A DNA stretch of 64,000 nucleotides from Eledone cirrhosa (Eukaryota), in assembly GCA_964016885.1 (NCBI GenBank), contig OZ024742.1:271994001-272058000 (forward strand). The letters are read 5' to 3'. Position numbers and translations under genes: made by a program. Below, one piece after another: positions 29,460-42,700 of this stretch. The notes under the pieces were generated by a model that searched no databases, was not told the DNA's origin, and saw only the letters and a list, made by a program, of their open reading frames with translations. Position 1 is the first letter of the stretch, and each line of letters starts with the position of its first letter.

Positions 29460-30149
29460 AATGGAAAAAATGAAACGAAATTTCATATTCCACTCTTAGT
29501 ACTGCTGTTACTTAAATATAAGTATGTACACGTACATACATATATGTATACAGACGTACAGTAGTATGTATATATATATACATACATGCACACATATATA
29601 TGTGTACGTATGGATTCACCTAACATTTATTATAATGCTCGGTGTGTTTGTAAACAAACATCCCGTATTAAGCCGTAGCGTTTGCAACCATCGTTGCTCG
29701 TTTGTTCAACACTGACAAAGGAACGCGGTACTAGTTTCAAGCTTATTAGCTATCGTCAGCAACGTATACCTTCCTGCCAGATTGTTGAACGTATATACTT
29801 ACCTTATGCATATTATAGACTGAGTAGGCCAAATTGCATATCGAGTAAGTTAATCGGCCGGGTGCACCGAAAACGATAAACGGAAAAAATGAAACGAAAT
29901 TTCATTTCCCACTCTTAGTACGGCTGTTACTTAAATATAAGTTTGTACACGTACATACATATATGTATACATACGTCAAGTAGTATGTATATATATATAC
30001 ATACATGCTCACATATATATATATATATGTACGTATGGATTCACCGAACATTCATTATAATGCTCGTTGTGTTTGTAAACAAACATCCCGTATTAAGCCG
30101 TAGTGTCCAGCAACCATCGTTGCACGTTTGTTCAACACTGACAAAGAAA
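29458..30149 (-). mobile_element. non-coding tandem repeat (~1.65 units of ~420 bp) with a central hammerhead (retrozyme-like or pLTR tandem)
   Basis: 29460-29720 recurs at 29880-30149; another copy at 43651-43910; (TA)n flanks. Confidence 0.75.
29723..29765 (-). ncRNA. minimal type I hammerhead ribozyme (family F)
   Basis: Reverse complement: ACGTTG-CTGACGA-TAGCT aata AGCTT-GAAA-CTAG-TA-CCGCGT; palindromic stem III ACTAGT. Confidence 0.72.
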
Positions 30150-30629
30150 TATATATATATATATTAATAATAGGAATTCCAACTTTGTCTGATGTATTCG
30201 TTTTATTTACAATCCTTTAAAATGTATAATGGTATTAGAATGAAATAGAATGGTAGAATATTTAATTTTAAGTGTTAATTGAACAAGTACTGCCATGCTT
30301 TAGCAATCTTCAGGATTCATATTCTGTAGTGACAGTTTGCAATTTTCAAAAATTGCAACTATCCTATTATTTTCTTTTTTTTGTGTTTACTTTCGTTCTT
30401 CTATCTGTGCTGTTTGATTAATCACGCACACCTCATACCAGAACACAGACTTATTTTTCTGTTGCACTATCCAGCAATTTAAAATGTTACTCTCAATTAA
30501 ATCGTGCGAAAACATTTTACTGGTTTGAGAGCTGATGAGGATGTATGTGCGCAAATTTGTCTTCTACATCGTTTTTCTTTATTATCTTTTTCCATCAAAT
30601 CTATGCGGCAAAACACTTCTATTTGTCCT

Positions 30630-31410
30630 CTTCCTCTTTCAGTCATTTCTATATTTTATCTGCCTGTCACTCACCTTGTGGATTGTCTCTAACTTGACTA
30701 CTGGCCACTAGTCTCTGTCTTCTGAGCATTTTTATCCATCGCTCTCTTTGACAGCATTTAGCTGTTTTAACGGCTGTTTTAATGATGAATTTTCTCATTT
30801 TATATGTATTCAAATGTACTCTCGCTTCCTCTCGATAAGTGACACAATTGTTTTTTTTCCTTTACTCTTGCCATAGTTATGATTAACTTTCTATTTAGGA
30901 CAGATACCACAGCGTGGTCCCCACAATCATATTATTTTCTTTTATTTGTTTTCATTTGTCCATATATATCAGCTCTTTGCTTTATCAAACACACATCATA
31001 CCATCAAAAATATTTATTTTACCGTTGAACGATCCAGTATTTTAAAACTCTAATCTCAATTAGATCATGCGAAACTATTTTGCTGGTTGAAGAGATAATG
31101 AGGGTGAAAATGTATGTTTGTAAACATATCTTGTACATCACTTTTTTTTCTTTTCTATTCACTTCTATGCGCCAACACACTTCCCCTTGTTCTCCTCCTC
31201 TTTTAGTTATTTCTATATTTCATCTGCCTGTCATTCACCATTTGGATTGTGTCTTTTGACAACAGGCCACTAGTCTCTATCCTATGAACAGTTGTGCCCA
31301 TCGCTCTTTTTTTTACAGCATTTAGCTGTTTTAACGGCTGTTCTAGCGATGAGTATTTTTTAAATGTAGTCAAATGCATTCTTGATTCGTGTCGATCAGA
31401 GACCACATTG
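30630..31410. repeat. two diverged direct copies of a ~200-bp unit (30630-30830 and 31205-31410), possibly an old LINE 3' end
   Basis: Both share TCTGCCTGTCA.TCACC..TGGATTGT, GGCCACTAGTCTCT and ACAGCATTTAGCTGTTTTAACGGCTGTT. Confidence 0.6.
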
Positions 31411-31512
31411 TATTTCCATTTATACACACACACACGTATATATATATATATAATATATATATACACCTGTGTATGTGTGTGGGTGGGTGGGGTGAGTGTA
31501 TAATTGCATGTG

Positions 31513-31978
31513 TATCATTAAAAATAGACGTGGGAGCAATATAGGAAACAGAAAATGCGTAAGGTACAAGCACATAACCGTCCTCGCTCATCGGCTGTCA
31601 TTCTGGTGACCATAATACTTTCAGATGCTTCATAAGACAGGATTACTCACTCCCCGAGCCTCAATTTAAACCACGGAGAAGCTTTCTAATGATGCACAGG
31701 TGGGGAATATCCTCTATCATAATTGTTTCTACATTTGGCACAAGGCCACCAATTACCCAGTGCATTACTGGTACTTTAATCGACCCCGTAAGGATGAAAG
31801 GCAAAGTCAACCTCGGCGGGATTTTGAACTCAGATCGTTAAGGGACGTATTCTCTATCATAATGCACCCAAAACTATAGTGATGTCCAGAGAGACAGCCG
31901 ATTAGCGGGTATTTGTCCATTTGCTCGTCTACTCGGCGTTTTTCTGTTTCTTATATTTCTCCCATGTATTTTTAATGA

Positions 31979-31980
<2 letters not shown>
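31513..31980. mobile_element. old MITE-like element with ~100-bp diverged inverted arms, interrupted by a SINE
   Basis: TATCATTAAAAATA..GGGAG..TATAGGAAACAGAAAA...ATCGGCTGTC versus GACAGCCGAT...TTTTCTGTTTCTTATA..CTCCC..TATTTTTAATGATA. Confidence 0.6.
31724..31851 (-). mobile_element. 5'-truncated Meta-like SINE with TSD
   Basis: Family sequence; TSD CTCTATCATAAT at 31712-31723 and 31852-31863. Confidence 0.85.
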
Positions 31981-32040
<60 letters not shown>

Positions 32041-33604
32041 ATATATGTGTGTGTGAATATCTATACATTCTATAATTCGTAACGCTGCAAATTAGGTAAC
32101 TAATCACACGAACACGTCTAATCTTTCAATACATACATTTACTACAAAATACACTTACACATGCACTCACACACTTACATTAGCAACCCTACTCTACAGC
32201 CCACTCCTTCTTTCTGCGTCTTCATATCTTTATTTTTTTTTGTGCGGCACACACATACACCCCACCCACCCCCCTTCTGGCAACTTCCTGAAATAGCCCA
32301 GCTATTGTCTGTCGTCCGTATACAGCTGATAATAATCTCTGTGAAATACCGAGATATACATCCATAAAAGCTTATGCATATACACGGCCTTAAAAAATAC
32401 CTGCACATACGCACATGAAAATAACTACAAACAAATGGAACTAACAGGGGTACATCACGCGCGCACACCCATTAACGATAAACAGGTCACACACCCATAC
32501 TTAGAAGAAATAATGTATATACACAACACAGAGCAATAAGCATGAAACTCACACAACCACATAGTGTATACGCATGTACATATAAAAATGTAAAAACGAT
32601 GTCATACGCACACACAAACACACGTCCCGGCCCAACATATATGTGTGTGTGTGCGAGAGTGTGTATATAAACATATACTTATTCTACTAAAGAAGAAGAT
32701 ATGCATTAAAATAATCATGTACTTACGTTCCATCGTATTAAGGGAATCGTCCAGCATAATACTATTGTATTTCATGATAACAGCATGAATCAGGTGGGGA
32801 GATCGCGTCAAGAATTTGATGTGTTTGCATTTAAAGGATTACATTTGTGACTGTGAACACAATGCTGTGTGCTACTTATTTCCAGCTGCGTACTGGTATG
32901 AAGATATGAATCATGAGTAGGATTCTAATATTCACATGACTGTGATATACAATGGGATATTAAGTTCATGCCAAATGTGTACGAAGCCCAAATCTCCCTT
33001 GCAGGTATGTGAATGACACGTGTGGCCAGAAGGAAATTATATGGCAAAAGAAAGCAATGAACGCAAGACATTAAAGGAGTGATCTACAGAAATGTGTAAT
33101 AAATACGGAAACAGTCTTCAGTTCAAAGAATGAGTGAAGTAACATCAAATGTGTTACTACATTATATAATTGTTATAGAAAACTGGAATCGGTTCCGACA
33201 ACATGTCACACTCAATTATGAAAGGCTGCTTTGAAATCAGTGAAATAATTATTACAATATATATAATCAGCTATATTACACGTAATTGGATCTGATCGTT
33301 GTGTTTTCAAATACACATTGCATAGATTTCAGAAGTGTTAGCTCACAGCACAACAGCGTCAATTTTTTTCTAGAAAATGTTTCAGGAATTCCTTTTATAT
33401 CTTAACATAAGCCTCTTCCTATGTATATTTCACGGAAAATCCTGCAAGTCAATAATGAATGTTCTAACATTTTAATTGTTATATTTCATCACTTTAGTTT
33501 CATATTTTTAAAACATAACTGTGTGTATATTTATGCCTGCACGTGTGTATGTGTTCATTTGCAGCTTGTTGTTGCGTGTTGAGGCAAATGTGCATGCTTA
33601 TATA

Positions 33605-33783
33605 CGACGGCTGGCTAAAGTTCATAAGCTGACCAACATATTCATATAGAATGGTCAAATGAGGTTTATATTTCAACATGGTCCCTGGATAGATATCATG
33701 CAGTTATTAAAAAGGAGAATTAAAATTAATGCATGCAAAATTTAACAGCCTAACATCCCTCTGAACATTTCAATCGACCGTCG
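33605..33783. mobile_element. Tc1/Mariner-type MITE or deletion derivative
   Basis: TA|CGACGGCTGGCTAAAGTTCA ... TGAACATTTTCAATCGACCGTCG|CA: imperfect TIRs and a TA-type target. Confidence 0.65.
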
Positions 33784-33893
33784 CATACATATGAATCATC
33801 ATACTATGTACATAATCGAATCTTTGGCACCTAAAATAGCCAAACCTGCCAACGTTTCACACACAAACACAGACACACACAAGTATATATATA

Positions 33894-34055
33894 CGTTTCA
33901 GGAATTCCCGTTAAGGGTGAAAGCAGTGATATTTTGCTTAAACTTTAATCTGTTATTTTAATAAATATTTGGTCTGGGGTTCATATATAATTGATATATA
34001 TTTATACTTATCGAGCCTTCTTTGGATTTTAATCTTCACATTTACTATTATTACT
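33894..34055 (+). mobile_element. terminal fragment of the family C fold-back element
   Basis: Matches 17239-17400; begins at the HHR-like motif. Confidence 0.7.
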
Positions 34056-34234
34056 GGATTAGCAGTATCGCTAGAGGGTCGGAGACCATGCTTTGACGCA
34101 TAGAATTACGGTCCATGCCATTCTGAGTTCAAATCCCGCCGAAGGTAACTTTGCCATTCATCCTTACGGGGTCATTAAAATAAAGTACCAGTAATGCACT
34201 GGGCAATTGCTGGCATTGTCCAAAAGTAGAAACA
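34056..34234 (+). mobile_element. tRNA-derived Meta-like SINE
   Basis: Family consensus; probable TSD ATTATTACT. Confidence 0.85.
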
Positions 34235-34242
34235 ATTATTAC

Positions 34243-34273
<31 letters not shown>

Positions 34274-34708
34274 TTATATCGTATCTCTTTCCTTGTTTCT
34301 TTATATATCTATATATGAATCGATCTTTCTTGTGCGTACGTGTTTAAATTTGTGTGTATGTAAATTCAGCATTGACCGAGAAGAATCTGTGGGTTCATGA
34401 AACTGACACAAACTCACCTTGACTCTGTTTATCCTATTCCAATGATTAATTTGTTCGGCAATATTAGAGATGTGAGAATATGACTCGCATGTTATAAAAT
34501 GTAAGCGCACTATCACGTTAATTTGGAGATTAAAGCAACCAAAATTACGAATATACAAGAGTAAACAGTTCAAATAATATGTTTTTAGTATAAATATTTG
34601 TTTTCAAATTCACTGTTTTGTTGAAGCTCAGTGTAGACCAACCTTAAAATTATAAGTCCACATACCCCACATAAATATGTCTATCCTGTTTTCTATCTGT
34701 ATATATAT

Positions 34709-35855
34709 ATAAGCTGACCTACCGGTGATTTCCGGGAATTTCATTAAAGTTACAATATTTGTCCATTGAAATATGATTGCTGAATTTAAACGAAAATAGG
34801 AATTATGGTAGAATATTTATTGCCGTTTGTTTAAAGCAAATCTTCTAGATAAAAACATTATTAGTTTTATCCAGCTGTGATTTTTTTTATACTGCTCCTA
34901 ATTACAGTCAGCATATATAATGCTTGGCACTTGGAAGAATAAATAGGTCTGTTTTCAATGAAAAGGGCATGACCACGAAAATATTTGGAGCGTTTACACT
35001 CATTGTCCCAAGGTGCGACAGAGCCTGGGTTAATTAAAATGTTTACACTGTAGCTTTCACGAACTTTTACATCTATAGGTGTAGGATCTGGTTTGAGGGA
35101 GATTTGTTTTCTATTTCTTTTAGGTACACCAACAGTCATAGTGGCTTCCCTGACATACACACACATGCATGTGTGTGTATGTTTGTGTGTGTAGGAATGT
35201 TCGCTGCTATTGGAAATGGATTTTGCTAATATTTCTAGAGATGGAGGTGTCACATACAACCTTTCATACATATATACATGCATGAGTCAGAAGACTGGGA
35301 TACATATGTCTCGAACTTAAGTAAGGTGACACACTAACACACACACACACACATTTGTCTCTAATTTAAGAACGCCGAGACACACACACGCTCACATACA
35401 CACACAGTCTCAATACGACTTTTGTGAGAGAGAGAGAAATAAAAGTAACGTTAAGACAGGAGTTAGTTAAGAAGCGTTTAAAAAAAAACAATAAAAGTTA
35501 GTTATCAAACTATACTATCATTTTTCTGATTTCTTTCTCTCTCTTCCCTAATCGCTCTCTCTCATTTTGTTTGGCTCTTATATCTTCTCTCTCATCCCCT
35601 CTCTCTCTCTTTCTCTACACAATGAAGACAAAAAAAAAGAAATAAAGCGTTGCCTCGTTTTGGCAGTTTGGGTTGTGGGAGAAGAAAGGGGAGTAGTGGG
35701 AGGGACGTTTTCCAGTAGGTGTATTGATTGAAATCCAATTGAGCAGTCCTGTTTCTGAACATTAGCTTAACATGTTAGTAAGGTTTTATCAGGATCGGAT
35801 CACTTGTTTAAACGCTAATTAGTTACACACTGATAGAAGTCGCAATTTGTATAGA
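34709..35855 (-). mobile_element. probable non-autonomous Helitron
   Basis: Minus strand starts TCTATACAAA and has CCGATCCTGATAAAACCTT near the 5' end; subterminal hairpin CCGG..CCGG at 34722-34736 near the 3' end. Confidence 0.45.
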
Positions 35856-35881
35856 CTATATATATATAAGTAGTAACACAA

Positions 35882-37640
35882 AAGTTAGTTCACCATAGCG
35901 AGTACAATTGTTTTAACGTATGCGGATTTTCAGCTCGGACTGGTCATGGTCATACGGAACAAGAGAAACAGCCGTATGGCCGCGCATGCGCAGAAACAGT
36001 CACTTCACCCACGTGATACAAAATCATGGGCGAAAGGTGTACGGGAGATAACTGGGAATGTCCGGAATAAATTGTTCGAGATGATTAGAATATAAGAATA
36101 TTGCTGTTATTCAATCCGGAGCTTTAGTTATGCAAGAGGTGTTTCCAGACGTGTGGACTACGTGAAAAGATTTCAAATCTTGAATTTAGGCAACCACTAT
36201 TGCGTGATCTTCTTAGAATATTTATCCTTTATTCAATACACAATCCATAATATGGATTACCCCTAGCGTATGTCTTGTACTTAGTGAGAGCTATCCATTG
36301 AATGGCGTAGTCTAAACCTGAGTCTTTGAGGGACCATACGCAGCTCGCGAGCTTCGTCGATGATGGATTGTCCGGGTACCTAAAGGTCGACTGAGGGTTC
36401 AGGAAACGTTCCTTAAATTGGCCCTCCGCCATACCCACATAGGATTTGACCTCCCGTAGTTGATTTGTTCGGTTGGAAGTGACCACAGCTTCATAAACTA
36501 AAGCGGGTGTGTTGCATTGCTGTTGAAGGGGAGAAGCTTCAGACTTTCGACAAGAGCATCGTGGTGGGATGTTGCTCTTATGAATGTTGGTGATGTGGGA
36601 CTTCATATATTTAGGGCAGGAGTACCCAACTTTTACTCTGTGTCTGTTAAAGATGGAGCGGTATTTGTGACCTATGAGCAAGTGTCTATCTAAGGGGGCT
36701 GAACATTTTTTATCTACATTAGTTTTAACGTTGAGTGAGAAGGGAGTAGAGAACCTTATAGTTTGTCTATTCTTACGACTTCTTTTATTATTGCTGTTCG
36801 TGTTAGCGGGGGAAGCGGGGGAGTAAGTAATTGGCTGTGAGAAGCTGCTGTTAGCTAACGCCATGTTGTAGTGCGGGCCGCTCTGTCAAAGATTGCTTTA
36901 TTAGAGGAGACGTTAGAGAAACTAGTACTGATATTATATACATATTTATATATATATATATATATAAGTGGAATGATTACAAAGGAGAATATAGAGTTAA
37001 AACATGTTTATGTAAAAAGGCACCTATGTATGTTACACCCGAAAAGGGCTTCTCAAGGGCATAGAAAACTAACAAATGTTCAGTACATGACCGAGGAGGG
37101 GTTTTAAGGTTAAAATTACATCAAAGTTCTTTCTTCGTTCAAGCACGTGTGTTGTTTTTGCCACAGAACAAGGGGAGTACCTCTGGCCGGTGTTTGAATA
37201 ATCGTCCCCAAACTGGTTTTTACCCGTTCACATGATGGTGTTTTCCGGTTACAATTTTGTCTATTGTTGCGATTTCTTTTCTTATTGCTGTTGTTACTAG
37301 TGGGGGAGAAAGTAATAGGTTGCGAGAAGCCGCTGTTAGCTAACACTGTGTTATAGTAGGGGTCCACTCTGTCAAAAATATCTTTGATATAACTACAAAG
37401 TTCCGGATTGAATAACAACAACATTCTAATTTTCTAATCAACACGAACATTTTATACCGGACTTTCACAGTTATCTCCCTTACACAATTCGCCCGTGGTT
37501 TTGTATCACTTGGGTGAAGTGAGCGTTTCTGCGCATGCGCGTTCATATGGAATGTCTTCCTGTTCCGTACAACCATGACCAGTCCGAGCTGAAGATCCGC
37601 ATAAGGTGAAACAATTGTTCTCGGTATGGTGAACTAACTG
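35882..37640 (-). mobile_element. Penelope-like element (Nematis-like) remnant with inverted pLTR and an internal insertion/duplication
   Basis: ORF 36229-36864: PFSLNVKTN, IFNRHRVKVGYSC, CSCR..PL..C, LVYEAVV..YVG..FKERF (GIY-YIG). 3' UTR 35882-36130 is inverted at 37390-37640. Confidence 0.85.
37584..37624 (+). ncRNA. minimal type I hammerhead ribozyme (family G)
   Basis: CCGAG-CTGAAGA-TCC gcataa GGT-GAAA-CAATTG-TT-CTCGG; palindromic stem III; degenerate copies at 35898-35938(-) and 44357-44397(+). Confidence 0.72.
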
Positions 37641-37740
37641 TTGTGTTACTAGTTCTACCAAACTTGTTCCATGGTCTGAGTGGTCTACCACTACGGATAT
37701 TATCTTCCAGTGTTCTAACCCCCCCCCCATCTATCTATCT

Positions 37741-37793
<53 letters not shown>

Positions 37794-37828
37794 GTATAAG
37801 ATCAAAAGATGGTTAAATGTATTCCATG

Positions 37829-37899
37829 TATTTTATTATGCGCATTTCAAAACCAAATATCATCATGCAATAACATTTGTGTTTTCATCAGATAAAATA
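37829..37899 (-). ncRNA. type I hammerhead ribozyme (family B)
   Basis: Reverse complement: TATTTTAT-CTGATGA-stem II-GAAA-TGCGCA-TA-ATAAAATA. Confidence 0.75.
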
Positions 37900-38249
37900 G
37901 GAGGACATGATATGAAGGTTAAAAACACTTGTGGGTAGTGCAGTTTTAAATCAACATATGAAAAGTAGTTTTAGATTGATGTGTGATATTGGGGAAAACA
38001 TATTTTTGAGGGGCGGGGGGTGGAAAAGATGAAAAAGAGGAGGAGATGGGAGTAAAAAGTGGAGGGGGAGGAGTATAATGAGGAAGGATGAGATAGGATG
38101 AGAGAGAGAGAGATAGCTTTTATAACTGATAAAAAAATATATTGTTTTACATAGAGAGGTTGAAAAACCGGTGGAAGATAATGTATAAATTAAAAGAATT
38201 TGAAATTTAACGAAGAGAAAAATAATGTAAAGTTAAGGTTTTTATATTG

Positions 38250-38420
38250 AAGGGTTTAATAATATGTGCGATGAAAATAAATTGTTAATATGTATTAAGA
38301 ATAATATTTAAGGGTTTAATAATATGTGCGATGGAAAGAAAATGTTAATATGTATTAAGAATAATATTTAAGGGTTTAATAATATGTGCGATGGAAAGAA
38401 AATGTTGATATGTATTATTA
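38250..38420. repeat. ~3 x 60-bp minisatellite within the pLTR (mirrored at 40830-41000)
   Basis: AAGGGTTTAATAATATGTGCGATGGAAAGAAAATGTTAATATGTATTAAGAATAATATTT repeated. Confidence 0.9.
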
Positions 38421-38529
38421 AAAAAACAGAAGTAATGTAAGTAAGGATATATTGTGAGATGAGCATGAATAAGTTAGATGAAAGTGAGAAAAAAAATAAT
38501 GAATAGAGGATGAATAATCAATTTTCGCA

Positions 38530-40414
38530 CTGAACTACCTGTTAGATTAATCGCCCCCTCTAAATCAGATCTGGGGGTTGTTAGTAAAGCCATCTTAGAT
38601 AGAATTATCCCACAGGCTCGTTCTAATTGCTCTTCTATGAATTTACATTTATGGTTTGGTACTTCTGAAGTGATTGACTGGTTCAACAAATTGAATAATA
38701 AAAACAAACTAAAATTTGTTCAATTTGATATTGCCAGCTACTATTCTTCTATTTCGCCTTCACTTCTCAACAATGCTCTATCTTTCGCATTTAAATATTC
38801 TGACATCACCACAGATGAACTTCATATCATTCTCACCGACGTAAAACCATCCTTGAGTTCAACAATGAATATTGGACCAGCGCTGATACCTCTAACAACT
38901 TCGACATCACAATGGGAGCATCCGATTCATCCCAATTGACAGATTTAATTGGTATTTTATTTTTTGAACCCTTTGAGTCGGAAAATTCCTCAACTTCGCG
39001 GTGGAATTTATCGTGACGATGGACTCTTTACTATCTTAAATTGCAACATAGTTAACCTTAATATTATTAAGAACAATATACGTAATCACTTTAACCAACA
39101 TAACCTAACAATTGAATTTGATAACAGCATCAAACTAGCTAATTTCTTGGATGTATCTCTTAATCTTGACACTTGCCTATATTACCCTTACCATAAAAAC
39201 AATGAGAACCTAAATTATGTTAATTTTAAATCTAACCACCCTACTAATATTAAGAATGCTATAGTTAGTAATATTGGAAAAAGAATATCTAACCTATCTT
39301 CTAATAAAAACATCTTCGATGCTAACGCCAATTACTATAATAACGCGCTTTCTAAAGCCGGCTATCCTGATAAAATCAAATATAATAAAGAAACAAATTC
39401 TAGAAGATCTTACAGTAGAATAATTAATCATGATAATTCCAATAACTTTAATAAAATACCTAGATACAAAATCATAATCTGGTATAATGCTCCTTTCTCC
39501 ATCTCTATTAATAATAATATTCCTAAATTATTCTTTAGTGCCTTAAATAAATGCTTCCCTCCCTCACATATCTATAGTAAAATATTTAACAAACACACTA
39601 TTAAATTTTCCTATTCGACATCTTCCAACATTTCCAACATTATCTATAAACACAACAATAAAATACTAAATACTAAATCTCTTCCTTCCAACACTGAATA
39701 TCAAAATAGTTTCTACTTTAGGCACAAGGCCAGCAATTACCCAGTGCATTACTGGTACTTTATTACACTTAATATCATAATAATAGTAATAGTACTCCCG
39801 ACGTCATCGTAAACCCTAGGCTAATTTATGCAAACCCAAATACAACGTCAAACATAACTTCGCTAAATGTTCTTAATCCCATTCTAAATCAAGAAACTAT
39901 TATTCCTATCGGTAATAACTTCTCCAATCCAATTCCTTCTATAGATAACACTAGGTCACTCGTTAATAATCTCTCTAATCGCAATTGCAATTGCCCTGCT
40001 AAAAATAAATGTCCTCTCAGCAACCATTGTCTTGATAAAAACTTAATTTACGAATGTAAAGTTATAACTGACACCAATTCCTTCACCTATTTTGGCTCCA
40101 CTTCCACCTCCTTTAAAGCTCGTCTATATAATCATCATTCGTCTTTTAAATATAAACTTAAAAGAACCAACACGGCTCTCTCAGGACTCATATGGTCCTT
40201 GAAAGACAAAAATATTAAATATAACATCTCTTGGAAAAAGGTTTCCTCTGCTTTCTCATACTTGAACAGTTCTCTATACAAGACTTGCAATCTCTGTCTA
40301 AATGAAAAATTTACCATTATATCTAATTTAGATTTTATAATAAATATACGCACTGACTTGTTTTCTATCTGCTTGCATAAATTCCACAGAACTTTCCATA
40401 AAGTATACAGCTAA
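38530..40414 (+). pseudogene. PLE RT-GIY-YIG ORF, frameshifted and interrupted by a SINE tail
   Basis: ORF pieces 38637-38939, 38949-39812 and 40199-40414; SINE 3' fragment at ~39705-39764 on the minus strand. Confidence 0.85.
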
Positions 40415-41357
40415 TATCCTAAACTTTATCAATTCAGAATCCTCTTCTCAAAGGCACATATATATATATATATATATACTTCTTTAAAAATATACCCATC
40501 TTTCTACCTTATTTCAAAGTTATTTATTATATTCTATATCACTCCTATTCATCACTTCCCTTTTTTCCTTTTCCTTTTCTTTTCTTTTTCTTTTAATTTC
40601 TAACCCCTAATCTGTACCTTTTCTCACTGTGCCTAACATAGAAACAATTATTACACAATACACTATATTCTTACTTTATATCACCTTGAAAAAATCCTTC
40701 GTAAACATAAACATTTTTATTTGACGTTAGATTATTCATCCTCTATTCATTATTTGTTTCTCACTTCCATCTAACTTATTCATGCTCATCTCACAATATA
40801 TCCTTACTTACATTACTTCTGTTTTTTTAATAATACATATCAACATTTTCTTTCTATCGCACATATTATTAAACCCTTAAATATTATTCTTAATACATAT
40901 TAACATTTTCTTTCCATCGCACATATTATTAAACCCTTAAATATTATTCTTAATACATATTAACAATTTCTTTTCATCGCACATATTATTAAACCCTTCA
41001 ATATACAAACCTTAACTTTACATTATTTTTCTCTTCGTTAATTTTCAAATTCTTTTAATTTATACATTATCTTCCAACGGTTTTTTAACCTCTCTATGTA
41101 AAACAATATATTTTTCTCAGTTATAAAAGCTATCTCTCTCTCTATCACCCATCTCTCCTCTTATCTCATCCTTCCTCATTATACTCCTCCGCCTCCACTG
41201 TTTACTCTCATCTCCTCCTCTTTTTCATCCTTTCCATCCCCCATCCCTCAAAAATTTGTTTACCCCAATATCACACATCAATCTAAAACTACTTTTCATA
41301 TGTTGATTTAAAACTGCACTATCCACAAGTGTTTATAACCTTCATATCATGTCCTCC

Positions 41358-41428
41358 TATTTTAACTGATGAAAACACAAATGTTATTGCATTATGATAT
41401 TTGTTTTTGAAATGCGCATAATAAAATA
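41358..41428 (+). ncRNA. type I hammerhead ribozyme (family B)
   Basis: Same fold, located in the PLE 3' pLTR; a further degenerate copy lies at 41764-41834. Confidence 0.75.
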
Positions 41429-41561
41429 CATGGAACTCATTTAAACATCTTTTGATCTTATATATTATGTATACTCCAGTCCTACAAACTGTAGAGTGCT
41501 TCTTATCCGATATTTGCATTGCTTTATTGTACTACAATAAAACTCACCTCCTACATATATA

Positions 41562-42128
<567 letters not shown>

Positions 42129-42665
42129 AATATACGTATAGTATATTTGATAATATACTGTATATTTTATGAGTTTTAAAGTAGTGACTATGTCATTTAC
42201 TACGTCTCAGCGACCGACAGCTGTTTCTCATTTGTTAACGGTTATCACGATTGCTTATCCCACCGCTTCTGTCGAGACTTATCTTAGCTGGATTCTCATA
42301 GAATTGCACTGGTGTTTAAGAGCTGATTAAGCAGAGCAGTTGCCGGTCCAGCAAAGAAATTAGAAATTAGTATAATTGCTCTGAAATAGCGATGTATGTA
42401 TGAATGTACATATAGTATATTTGATAATATACACTGATACTAATTTTGCCGAGACATAGTAAGTGACATAATCACTACTTTAAAACTCATATCGAATGGT
42501 CTTCAAAATGTTTTTTAAATAAACATACAGTATATTATCAAATATGCTATACGTACATTCATACTTACATCCCTATTTCAGAGCACTGATACTAATTCAT
42601 ATATATATATATATGAATTAGTATATATATACATATATATATATAGTATCTATTATTATATATTA

Positions 42666-42698
<33 letters not shown>

Positions 42699-42700
<2 letters not shown>

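Larger units (their letters stand above)
37790..41553 (+). mobile_element. Penelope-like element (Nematis-like), 5'-truncated, with long inverted pLTR
   Basis: RLIAPSKSDLG, FDIASYY, GIYRDDGL, NFLDVSL, WYNAPFS, CNC..KCPL, LIYEC...YFGST..FKARLYNH, CNLCLNEK; arm 37790-38520 is inverted at 40730-41466; (TA)n flanks. Confidence 0.92.

Noticed and set aside
32720-32860. Possible host exon on the minus strand ending in GTAAGT
   Set aside because: All three frames have stops after the candidate acceptor, and there is no recognisable protein motif
38250-38420. Regularly spaced repeats resembling a CRISPR array
   Set aside because: They are whole 60-bp tandem units without unique spacers, in a eukaryotic context with no cas genes
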